A DNA stretch of 64,000 nucleotides from Thermodesulfovibrio sp. (lineage in GTDB: Bacteria; Nitrospirota; Thermodesulfovibrionia; Thermodesulfovibrionales; Thermodesulfovibrionaceae), in NCBI GenBank assembly GCA_025060075.1, contig JANXCZ010000038.1:16049-80048 (forward strand), read 5' to 3'. The notes below the pieces were generated by a model. That model was not told the origin of the DNA, made no database searches, and was given only the letters and a program-made list of their open reading frames with translations. This document shows positions 19,950-28,589 of this stretch, in pieces. Made by a program: the position numbers and the translations under genes. Each line of letters begins with the position of its first letter. Position 1 is the first letter of the stretch.

Positions 19950-20639
19950 TATGAATGCTCCTTTGACGAATTATGTTTTTTGGCTTTTTTCTTAATTAAT
20001 TCTTAAATCCAAAACTTTATTTTCTTGAATACTCCCTCTTTTTACTGTCTAAGCCAGTTGTCTTTTTATAAATTAATTGTCGTCCAACATCTCTATCCTT
20101 GCCAGGCATTAGTTTTAAAACATATTAATAATGTAATCCTCCGTATCTTTTACTATTAAAATGAAAGGCTTTATCTTTATATTTGCCCATAAATTATCAA
20201 AAGGATGAAACTCTGAATAGATGAAACTTAGCTACATCCTCCTTATTTCTTTGGCAAACTCTTTTTTTTCTTAGGCTCATGTAGACCTCCTTCAATCAGT
20301 ATTCTTCTTATACTCTCATAACTAAGTGAAATTCCATGCTCTCCTTTAAGCTTATCCCTAAAATGAAGTATGTTAAAGTCCCAATAAAAAGACTCTCTTA
20401 AGTTTAAAATCCTTTCTTTTAATTCTTGAGTAATTTTAAAAGCTGAAGCTTTATTTGTTTTTCTTCTTAAAAGTCCTTTAAATCCTTAAAGTAAAAAATC
20501 TCTTTTTTATCCTTAAAGTCTGCCCGTAACTTAGTCCTAGAAGCTTTTGAACTTGCTTAAGGCTTAAACTGCCTGAAATTACACTGTTCATTATCTTTAC
20601 TCTTTTTAAGTTCTCCGTAAAAATATATATTTTCCTCAT
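19950..20639 (-). pseudogene. Transposase pseudogene (HTH plus degraded integrase core)
   Basis: MRKIYIFTENLKRVKIMNSVISGSLSLKQVQKLLGLSYGQTLRIKKRF / frameshift / GLLRRK...FYWDFNILHFRDKLKGEHGISLSYESIRRILIEGG; then stops and frameshifts. Confidence 0.75.
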
Positions 20640-20646
20640 TAAGCCA

Positions 20647-20677
20647 CCTTCTTTTAGAGCTAAGCTCTAAAAGAAGG
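20647..20677. repeat. Perfect 15-bp inverted repeat overlapping the transposase RBS
   Basis: ccttcttttagagct-a-agctctaaaagaagg. Confidence 0.85.
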
Positions 20678-20730
20678 ATAACATTAGATGTGACATTTTG
20701 ATATAGTAACCACAAGTGAAAAAATAGAGG

Positions 20731-20759
20731 TTGACTTTTTTTTATTTTTTTAATATTAT
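20731..20759 (+). promoter_or_regulatory. Putative sigma70 promoter of the TAXI-TRAP operon
   Basis: TTGACT-17-TATTAT; GGAGG SD before ATG 20790. Confidence 0.65.
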
Positions 20760-20789
20760 CATTAAGATTCTAAATAAGGAGGGGGTAAG

Positions 20790-21800
20790 ATGAAAAGAAG
20801 TGTATTTATCTTTCTAACCTCTTTTCTATGTTTTCTAATTTCTCTCGGATTTCTCACCAATGCAGAGGCCACAAAGAAATTTCATGTAAAATGGGGTGCT
20901 ACTTCTGTTCGCTCTGGACTTTATGCCAATACTGTTGCAATGGCAAAGGTAGTAAACAAGGCATATCCAGGTGAGATTGAAGTTACTGTTGTTGAAACTG
21001 GTGGATTTCTTGAAAATCTCTCAAGACTTCAAAGAAAGGCTATTCACATAGGTCCTGCTGATGCAGCAGCTGGATATGCAAACTATATGGGAATAATTGA
21101 TTATCAAGGCAAACCAAATCCAAACTTAAGAACTCTATGGGGTGGTTATATTACTCCTATTCATATTGTAGTTGCTGAAAAAACCGGAATAAAAGATGTA
21201 AGACAACTAAGTGGTGTTGATTTTGCTATGAATCCTGGAACAACATCTGGTAGAGTTATAGAACTATTTTTCAAAGCTTTAAATATAACTCCTAACTACA
21301 AAATGATGGGAATTGGAGCAAGTGTGGATGCAATGAAGTCTGGTGTTGTAAAAGGTTGGTATAAAGCAGGATTTAAGGATTCAGCCATACTTGATCTTGA
21401 AGCAAATATGGATATAAGAATACTACCGGTTCCAAAACAGCTTGTTGATCAATTTAATAAGGTCTATCCAGGACAAGGATTAATGATGGAAATTCCAGCA
21501 GGACTCTTCAAGAGCGTTAAAACTTCTCAACCAAGTTTAGCTTATGTAGTAACTGATTTTGTTGATAAAGATGTTCCTGAGGATGTTGTATTTAAGATTG
21601 TAAAGGCAGTATATGAAAACAGAAAGGAGATTGTAGGTGCACTTGCAACTCTTAAGGAAGGAAACTTTGAAGACATGTTTGGTATGGCTGTAAAGTATAT
21701 AAATGTTCCTCTGCATCCTGGTGCTGTTAAGTTTTATAGAGATGTCCTAAAGTTGAAAATCCCTGACAAACTTATTCCTCCAGAGATGAAAAAGAGATAG
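20790..21800 (+). CDS. TAXI-family TRAP solute-binding protein
   Basis: Signal peptide, ETGGFLENL, HIVV, PEDVVFKIVKAVYEN, VPLHPGAVKFY. Confidence 0.9.
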   Translation: MKRSVFIFLTSFLCFLISLGFLTNAEATKKFHVKWGATSVRSGLYANTVAMAKVVNKAYPGEIEVTVVETGGFLENLSRLQRKAIHIGPADAAAGYANYMGIIDYQGKPNPNLRTLWGGYITPIHIVVAEKTGIKDVRQLSGVDFAMNPGTTSGRVIELFFKALNITPNYKMMGIGASVDAMKSGVVKGWYKAGFKDSAILDLEANMDIRILPVPKQLVDQFNKVYPGQGLMMEIPAGLFKSVKTSQPSLAYVVTDFVDKDVPEDVVFKIVKAVYENRKEIVGALATLKEGNFEDMFGMAVKYINVPLHPGAVKFYRDVLKLKIPDKLIPPEMKKR

Positions 21801-21811
21801 GAGGTTTTAAA

Positions 21812-22177
21812 ATGAAGGCAACGATAATAATTCTATCAACTTTTTTAGTGATTGCCTTTCCTATTTTTCTATTTGCTCAACCGCAGGTTACAATTACACC
21901 CTCTAGAGGTGAACCTGCCACGATAATAACGATTGAGGGAAAAGGTTTTAAACCAGATGAAGAGATTGACATTATAATAACACTTGATGAAGGAGAAAAA
22001 GTAGCACTTGGCACAGAGAAGGTAGATATTATAAAAGCAGATGCCAATGGAACATTCTCAGTAAAATCAGGGATTCCAGTTAATGCAAAGCCTGGTAAGC
22101 ATAAGATTGATATTTTTGGAAACAAAGGAACTCAACTACAGACAACAATAGAAGTTACACAAAAAGAAAAAAAATAA
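21812..22177 (+). CDS. Exported Ig-like (IPT-type) beta-sandwich protein
   Basis: Signal peptide then ITPSRGEPATIITIEGKGFKPDE...ADANGTF...IP..AKPGKHKI; GGAGG SD. Confidence 0.65.
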   Translation: MKATIIILSTFLVIAFPIFLFAQPQVTITPSRGEPATIITIEGKGFKPDEEIDIIITLDEGEKVALGTEKVDIIKADANGTFSVKSGIPVNAKPGKHKIDIFGNKGTQLQTTIEVTQKEKK

Positions 22178-22202
22178 AGATTTAGGAGGAAAAGGTTAAA
22201 AA

Positions 22203-24167
22203 GTGCGTGAACTCAGTGGTTTCTGGAAACTAATACTAAACATACTTGTTGGATTATGGGGAGTATTCATTCTTTATACTGCTTTACTTGCCGCTCTGCA
22301 TCCCCTGTTGCAGGGCGGCATTTCCCTTTCAATAGGACTCGCCATTGTATTCTTAGTTTATCCCTTATCAAAAAGAATGCTTAAATGGAATGTACCAAAA
22401 GTTTTCCAATACCTTTTAACTGGAACTCAAAATTCACCCTCATTGCTTGATCTCATATTTATTGTTATTAGCCTTATTCCATGTATTTATATAATGATTC
22501 ACTGGGAAGAAGTAGTAAGAAATCCAGGTGTTTTTGAGACCTATCACCTTGTATTAGCCGTTTTATTGATTATAGCTCTTATTGAAGGAACAAGAAGAGC
22601 TCTTGGACTGACAGTTCCTATACTTGTCTTGTTTTTTATTGTATATACAATAGCAGGTCCCCATATCCCAGGAAGATTTGCTCATCCAGGATTTAGTCTT
22701 ACAGATATTCTCTATCAACTTTATTTAATGACAGAGGGAATTTGGGGACTTCTTACTGATATGGCAAGCAGAATAATAGCTCCTTTTATAATTTTTGGTC
22801 CTATCCTATTTGCTACCGGTGTTGGTTCAACTGTTATGGAGCTTTCAACATATTTTGGCGGAAAAATAAGAGGTGGACCTGGACATGTAGCAGTAATATC
22901 AAGCTCTCTCTTTGGAATGCTTAGTGGCTCATCTGTAGCAAATGCAGCAACCACTGGGTCTTTTACAATTCCTCTTATGAAAAAATTTGGATTCTCCCGT
23001 GCGTTTGCCTCTGCTGTAGAAGCAGCAGCATCCTCTGGTGGACAGATAATGCCTCCTATTATGGGAGCAGGATGCTTCATAATGGCAGAGTTTCTCAATA
23101 TTCCATATGCACACATAATGATAGCTGGACTAATTCCAGCTTTGATATATTTTGCAGGTATTGCAGCTGGTGTGTGGATTGAAGCAGGCAGAACAGGTAT
23201 GGGTAAGCTTCCTAAGGAATTAATGCCAGATTTGAAAACTATTCTAAAACCACAAAAAATTTTAAACTTTATACTTCCTATAGGTACTCTCGGTGTTTTA
23301 CTTTTCATGTTCTTCCCAGCACAAATATGTGCAGCATGGGCAATTGTTGTATCAGTTGTTTATTACACATTTTTCGGAGGACCTCTAAAAGGAAGGGAAA
23401 TTTTAAACAGAATAAAGGCTATATGGGGAGGACTTTTTGAGGGAGTTGTAAAAGCTTTAGCATGGCTCATGATAATGATGGCATGTGTTCAGATTGCTGT
23501 AAGCTTGATATCTTTAACAGGATTTGGAGTGAAAGTTTCAGAGATAATAATTGAAATATCTGGATATAATGTTTATCTTGCTCTTATAGCAACAATGCTT
23601 ACAGCAATAATTCTTGGAATGGGAATGACAACAACTGCTGCCTATGTTATAGCTGCTGCTGTTTTGGTTCCTGCACTTCAACAGATGGGAGTAAATCCTC
23701 TTGCTGCACATTTATTCATTTTTTATTTTGCCATTAAGTCTGGTTTAACTCCACCTGTATGTATAACGGTCTTTACAACAACTGCAATAGCTGGAGGCAG
23801 TTGGTTAAGAGCTGCTTGGTATTCTATGAAGTTAGGAATTGGTGGATACATAATGCCATTCTTTTTCATATTTGTTCCAGCCTACTTAATGAAAGGTTCT
23901 CCATGGGAAATATTATTTATATTCATCGGTGCCTTTGTTGCTATGTTTGCCATTGAAGCGGGCGTCTTAGGTTATTGGACAAAACCTTCCACTCCACTTG
24001 AAAGAGTCCTTTACATAGCTGGTGGATTAATAATGATGGCACCGGGATATTGGACATTTATAGGTTTAGCACTCTTTTTAATTGGCATTTTACTTGAAAA
24101 ATTTGACGTACAGATACCTGTTATCGCAAAGAGACCTGCACATGTTATTGTAAAACAAAAGGATTAA
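22203..24167 (+). CDS. TRAP transporter fused 4TM/12TM permease
   Basis: GGPGHVAV, SGSSVANAATTG, EAAASSGGQIMPPIMG, LGMGMTTTAAY, TPPVC. Confidence 0.92.
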   Translation: MRELSGFWKLILNILVGLWGVFILYTALLAALHPLLQGGISLSIGLAIVFLVYPLSKRMLKWNVPKVFQYLLTGTQNSPSLLDLIFIVISLIPCIYIMIHWEEVVRNPGVFETYHLVLAVLLIIALIEGTRRALGLTVPILVLFFIVYTIAGPHIPGRFAHPGFSLTDILYQLYLMTEGIWGLLTDMASRIIAPFIIFGPILFATGVGSTVMELSTYFGGKIRGGPGHVAVISSSLFGMLSGSSVANAATTGSFTIPLMKKFGFSRAFASAVEAAASSGGQIMPPIMGAGCFIMAEFLNIPYAHIMIAGLIPALIYFAGIAAGVWIEAGRTGMGKLPKELMPDLKTILKPQKILNFILPIGTLGVLLFMFFPAQICAAWAIVVSVVYYTFFGGPLKGREILNRIKAIWGGLFEGVVKALAWLMIMMACVQIAVSLISLTGFGVKVSEIIIEISGYNVYLALIATMLTAIILGMGMTTTAAYVIAAAVLVPALQQMGVNPLAAHLFIFYFAIKSGLTPPVCITVFTTTAIAGGSWLRAAWYSMKLGIGGYIMPFFFIFVPAYLMKGSPWEILFIFIGAFVAMFAIEAGVLGYWTKPSTPLERVLYIAGGLIMMAPGYWTFIGLALFLIGILLEKFDVQIPVIAKRPAHVIVKQKD

Positions 24168-24210
24168 AAATAAAAGCCTCAGGCATTAACCTGAGGCTTT
24201 TATTTTTAAT
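24163..24210. terminator. Bidirectional intrinsic terminator
   Basis: 21-bp perfect inverted repeat attaaaaataaaagcctcagg-cattaa-cctgaggcttttatttttaat at the convergent gene junction. Confidence 0.85.
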
Positions 24211-24782
24211 ATCTCTTCAAAACCTATCCAGTGAGATTTTGCTATCAAGAAAGTTTTAGCATAAGGATATAGAATTTTTAAATCTTCTAAAGCATTTATT
24301 GGCAAGATTTTATCGTTTATACCCTGAATAAGAATAAGATTTGTTATTTCAGACTGTAAATAAGATACTTCAGAAGAAAGAAGAAACTCAAGACCATTAA
24401 TTAGCTTTTTGTAGTCAACTTTCTCAGGGAATAAAGGATTACATCCAGCATTAACTAGAAAATCCTTTATAACTATTTCAGGTTCTGTCTGCATCTTTTG
24501 TATCATTCTACTTATAATTCTTGGCTTGACATAATAAGTGAATTTTCTAAATCCTGCAATAACTATAATTTTTCTGAATCTTTCAGAAAAAAACAACAGA
24601 TTTTTCAAAATAATATGTCCTCCTGTAGACCATCCTACCACTGTATTACCTGATTTATACTTTAGAATGTTTATTATCTCTTTTTCATCTAAATCAATGA
24701 AGGGATTTATAAAATGCCAGTCTTCTGGTATATATCCTAAGGCTTCTTTAAAACCTGCCCAACCTGAAATGAAAAGATTCAC
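24186..24782 (-). CDS. Alpha/beta hydrolase, BioH-like pimeloyl-ACP methyl ester esterase candidate
   Basis: SGWAG oxyanion motif, GWSTGG nucleophile elbow, GINDKI Asp and SHW His. Confidence 0.65.
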   Translation of the reverse strand: MNLFISGWAGFKEALGYIPEDWHFINPFIDLDEKEIINILKYKSGNTVVGWSTGGHIILKNLLFFSERFRKIIVIAGFRKFTYYVKPRIISRMIQKMQTEPEIVIKDFLVNAGCNPLFPEKVDYKKLINGLEFLLSSEVSYLQSEITNLILIQGINDKILPINALEDLKILYPYAKTFLIAKSHWIGFEEILKIKASG

Positions 24783-25717
24783 TATTGATTGATTATTGCG
24801 ACAGTTTGTTCAAAACAGTTATTCAAAACTGTTGTACTTACACCACCTAAAATAATATCTTTAATTGCAGAACGCCCCTTACGTCCCATTACGATAAGGT
24901 CATAGTTACCTTCTTGAATTTCTCTGATAATCTCATCCTTAGGAAAACCAACAGCACTTTTCGTAATTACTAAATCTGATGGTATTCCCTCATTAGTAAA
25001 TTTTCTTTTAGATGCAATAAGAATTTCTTCTGCTTCCATCTCTGGATCAATTCCTTGTCTAAGTCTTTCAAGGTATAATGATACATTTATTACTCTTAAA
25101 ATAGTTATTTTTTCTATGTTTTTAACAACCTTAGCAAGAGATACAACATGCTCAACAGCCTTCATTGAGTACTCAGAACCATCAACAGGAATAAGAATCT
25201 TACCTATAGGTTTGTCCTCTGAAACTTTTTGTCCTATTATGTATATGTTCTGATTTAAAAGTCCGTAAAGTATTTTTTCTGACACACTACCAAGAATTAT
25301 CTTCTTAAACTTTGACATTACCCTACGGGCAAGCATGACTGTTTTGATATCTTCAGTGGTTGATATTTCTATAACTTTACTGCCAGGATCTCCTATCTCT
25401 ACCTGTTTTTTTATAGGTCCTAAGAAACCTATACTTCTTATGTATCTTTCGTAATCATTTAAAAATGGCATAATTTGTTCATTAATGTAATTTTCTACAA
25501 GTTTGTCAGCAAAAACCTTATCTTGAATAATTACCATTTTAAAATCTACATTTTTAAGTTTTTCACTAATGGTTTCAGGAGGAATTACATTAATAAGGAT
25601 AACTTCTATCTCTTTTTCTTCAATAGATTTCAATAATGAACTTACAAACCTTATTGCCTTCTTTGAGTTTTCACTTTTGTCCACAGGAAGCAATATTTTC
25701 TTAAAAACATTTTCCAT
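24782..25717 (-). CDS. Tandem universal stress protein
   Basis: Two USP domains: KILLPVDKS...GSVSEKI and KILIPVDGS...MGRKGRS..LGGVS. Confidence 0.92.
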   Translation of the reverse strand: MENVFKKILLPVDKSENSKKAIRFVSSLLKSIEEKEIEVILINVIPPETISEKLKNVDFKMVIIQDKVFADKLVENYINEQIMPFLNDYERYIRSIGFLGPIKKQVEIGDPGSKVIEISTTEDIKTVMLARRVMSKFKKIILGSVSEKILYGLLNQNIYIIGQKVSEDKPIGKILIPVDGSEYSMKAVEHVVSLAKVVKNIEKITILRVINVSLYLERLRQGIDPEMEAEEILIASKRKFTNEGIPSDLVITKSAVGFPKDEIIREIQEGNYDLIVMGRKGRSAIKDIILGGVSTTVLNNCFEQTVAIINQ

Positions 25718-25718
25718 A

Positions 25719-26399
25719 CTAAAACTCCAAACTGATTTTTTTATTATTCATAAAAATAAATGAATCCATCGGTACGACATAGTTTTTATCTAAATAATGT
25801 ACCTGTATCCCTGAAACAATAGCATAAGTAATTTCATCTGATTTAGCAAGAGCCTCCATAGTTTTTTCAATCTCATTAAAGCTTATACGAAGAGTTATTT
25901 TAGTTAGTTCCATAAGATCAGGAATTTTATCAGATATCTCCCTTCTTAGCTTTTGGTTAACAAGATTTAATTCTGAATTTTCCTTTTCTTTGTCAATGTT
26001 TGACAATGTATTAAGAAATAATATAAGAGCTCCACAAGCAGTTGATTTTTCTATACCCTTTCTTTTACAGAATCCTAAATTTCCATCTTTATCTATTCCT
26101 ATATGGGTAAACAAATAAAGAAGACATCTTCTTTCTTTTGCCTCAGGAAGATGGCTTAAGAAAACCTTTAAACCTATTTGTCCAGATATATAGATTCCTG
26201 CAAAACTTGAAAAATTAAAAAAATCTCCCCAATACTTTTTTACCTCTGTAAGAATACTCTGACATATCTCATCTCTGCAAAGACAAACACCTGCTATTGT
26301 ATTATGATAGTTAAATCCAAATTCCTTTAATCTTTCCGACGAAAGCTTTATAAAATCTTCCTCTTTAAAGTATTTATCAAAAAGTTTACCTAATATCAT
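25719..26399 (-). CDS. LCIB/LCIC-like (theta-type) carbonic anhydrase family protein
   Basis: C41-R-D-E, H99 (THIGI..DG..G...R.G), C122 (ACGAL) and SGIQVH, the LCIB zinc-site pattern. Confidence 0.75.
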   Translation of the reverse strand: MILGKLFDKYFKEEDFIKLSSERLKEFGFNYHNTIAGVCLCRDEICQSILTEVKKYWGDFFNFSSFAGIYISGQIGLKVFLSHLPEAKERRCLLYLFTHIGIDKDGNLGFCKRKGIEKSTACGALILFLNTLSNIDKEKENSELNLVNQKLRREISDKIPDLMELTKITLRISFNEIEKTMEALAKSDEITYAIVSGIQVHYLDKNYVVPMDSFIFMNNKKISLEF

Positions 26400-26441
26400 A
26401 ATTGTTCAAATATTATATCATAATATCATAAATTTTATTCT

Positions 26442-28244
26442 CTACATATAGCCTCTTGTGTAATAAATGATCAAATAAAGCAAAAGAAAGAATATAGACC
26501 ATAAAACAAGAACACCAACTGGCATAGGTAATAAAGGATCACCCGGATATTTTAATTTTTCAGTCCTTAAACGAGCTTTAATCTTTCTTCTTTTTTCAGG
26601 AATTGAAAAGGCAAGAATTATGGAATCAATAAGAATTTTTACTGCTAAAAGAGGATTTTTTGTGAACCATCCCAAGAAATTTGGGATTTTGACGAAAAAT
26701 ATTGTATTTAATCTCTGCATAATATGAGCACCAGGGTTATTAATAAACCATACGAAAGCCTGAGCTCCTTTTCTGTAAAACCAATCCAAATCAAGATTGG
26801 TAGACCTCATTTCTTCAGGAAAAACTCCTGCTTTCATAAGAAGTACATAAGCAAGTATTCCAGCCAACAAAAGTTGAGTTGTTGATACTATATGAGAGGC
26901 AGTATAAGGTTCAAAATTTACAGGATATGGAAGAAGACTGTAAAGAAAACTTGGCATAACTCCTATAAAGATGCATAGAAATGCTGTAATTCCCATAGCA
27001 ATAAGCATATGAAGAGGAGACTCTTTAGTTCTTATTCCTGAGTCATGAGCAAAGAAAGCATAATAGGGAACTTTGATTCCTGCATGCTCAAGTACACCAA
27101 CAGAGGCAAAGGTGAGCATAAACCAGATTGGTATTAATCCTTCTATGGCAGAGGCTTCAACTACCATTGATTTACTTACAAATCCGCTAAATAGTGGAAA
27201 AGCAGATATTGATGCAGCACCTATAATGCAAAATAGGGCTGTAAGAGGCATGCTCTTGTAAAGTCCTCCTAAGTCAGTGCATTTAATTTTTCCTGTTCTA
27301 TAGATTACAGCTCCCATTGACATAACAAGTAAAGCTTTATATAGAATATGACAAAAAACATGTGAAAATGTTCCGTTAAGAGAAAGTTGAGTACCAATTC
27401 CTATTCCTGTAACCATATATCCAAGTTGGTTTATTAGACTGTATGAAAGTACTTTTCTTAAGTCATTTTCAATAACCGCAAAAAATATAGGGAAAACTGT
27501 CATGATAGCACCAATCCATATGAGAATTTCCTCTCCTGGAAAGGCTCTTGCAAGAACATAAATAGCTGTCTTTGTAGTAAAAGTCCACATAAAAACTCCG
27601 CCTGTAGGTGTTGTCTTTGGATAGGCATCAGGTAGCCAAGCATGAAGTCCTGGGAAAGCACAGTTTATTCCAAATCCTAAGAATATTAACCAAGAACTTA
27701 ATCCATCAAGTCCAATATAACCAAAGCTTAAAGAGCCTGTTTCATAGTAACGTATTACAACTCCAAATAATAGAAATAATCCTCCAACTATATGAACTAA
27801 TAGATATCTTAAGCCTGCACCATAGGATTCCCTTGTTCTTGATGCCCATATGAGATAAAAGGCACTGAATGCCATCATTTCCCAAAATATAAAAAGAGTA
27901 AGTAAATCGCCAGCAAAAACCACTCCTAATGCTGCACCTGAATATACAATAGAAGCTATATGTTGAGCAGTCTCTCTTACATGTAGTGAGTAAAATAGTG
28001 CAATAAATGTGATTATATGATAGATATACCCAAAAAATATGCTAATTTTATCAACTTTGACAAGAATGAGTTTATACTCCAAAAAATTAATAATGTAATG
28101 AACACCTTCAGGAAGATTTATAAAATTAATAAAGCCTAAAACTGGCAAAGACAATAAATAAATACTTAAAAGTTTACCTCTTAAAAAAGGAATAAGAAAA
28201 GCACCAAGTATAAATAATATTGCAGGAGGAATTGGACTAATCAC
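26442..28244 (-). CDS. Mrp/NuoL-like proton-conducting membrane subunit (MrpD-like 3)
   Basis: FWEMMA, HAWLPDAYP, TTKTAIY, SYSLINQLG, HILYKALL, GFVSK. Confidence 0.88.
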   Translation of the reverse strand: MISPIPPAILFILGAFLIPFLRGKLLSIYLLSLPVLGFINFINLPEGVHYIINFLEYKLILVKVDKISIFFGYIYHIITFIALFYSLHVRETAQHIASIVYSGAALGVVFAGDLLTLFIFWEMMAFSAFYLIWASRTRESYGAGLRYLLVHIVGGLFLLFGVVIRYYETGSLSFGYIGLDGLSSWLIFLGFGINCAFPGLHAWLPDAYPKTTPTGGVFMWTFTTKTAIYVLARAFPGEEILIWIGAIMTVFPIFFAVIENDLRKVLSYSLINQLGYMVTGIGIGTQLSLNGTFSHVFCHILYKALLVMSMGAVIYRTGKIKCTDLGGLYKSMPLTALFCIIGAASISAFPLFSGFVSKSMVVEASAIEGLIPIWFMLTFASVGVLEHAGIKVPYYAFFAHDSGIRTKESPLHMLIAMGITAFLCIFIGVMPSFLYSLLPYPVNFEPYTASHIVSTTQLLLAGILAYVLLMKAGVFPEEMRSTNLDLDWFYRKGAQAFVWFINNPGAHIMQRLNTIFFVKIPNFLGWFTKNPLLAVKILIDSIILAFSIPEKRRKIKARLRTEKLKYPGDPLLPMPVGVLVLWSIFFLLLYLIIYYTRGYM

Positions 28245-28479
28245 TGTAGTAATCCTCTCTCCTCTTAACTATTGGTCTTAAAATGTGTTTTGAAACCATT
28301 ATAAGAAAAACAAAAGCAACAAAACCAAAAGACGCATAAAAGAAAGGATAATCTTCCCATGAAAAATAAATATGTTTATGTATGAAAAATTCAGCAACTA
28401 AAGAAAATACTAAGAATAAGTAAAAAACCATAAAAAAGATTTTTACATTTTTCGGACTATCAAAAAAGTATCTTTTCAT
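28237..28479 (-). CDS. Small 2-TM membrane protein of the Mrp-like cluster
   Basis: AGGAGG SD; FFDSPKNVK...PFFYASFGF...REDYY pattern; overlaps the next gene. Confidence 0.8.
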   Translation of the reverse strand: MKRYFFDSPKNVKIFFMVFYLFLVFSLVAEFFIHKHIYFSWEDYPFFYASFGFVAFVFLIMVSKHILRPIVKRREDYYSD

Positions 28480-28492
28480 TACTTAAACCTCC

Positions 28493-28588
28493 TTAAAGGG
28501 TATTAAGAAGAATATAGACTAAATAAAGAAAAGCAATTGCAAAAATTACATAAAAAATCTTCAAAAACAGAGGATCAGCTCTTTTCAT
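28493..28588 (-). CDS. Unannotated 31-aa single-TM peptide
   Basis: MKRADPLFLKIFYVIFAIAFLYLVYILLNTL*; GGGGG SD, ATG 1 nt after the upstream stop; its stop abuts the next SD. Confidence 0.65.
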   Translation of the reverse strand: MKRADPLFLKIFYVIFAIAFLYLVYILLNTL

Positions 28589-28589
28589 G

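Larger units (their letters stand above)
19930..20714 (-). mobile_element. Decayed IS element (ISNCY/IS1202-IS481-like); left boundary approximate
   Basis: TGT-terminated end TGTGGTTACTATATCAAAATGTCACA (20714-20689) upstream of a frameshifted transposase; the same end recurs at 16027-16052. Confidence 0.7.

Noticed and set aside
22721-23308. 195-aa antisense ORF and the many other 60-150 aa shadow ORFs in the track
   Set aside because: They lie opposite or out of frame within well-supported genes, lack motifs, and reflect codon bias of the real gene.
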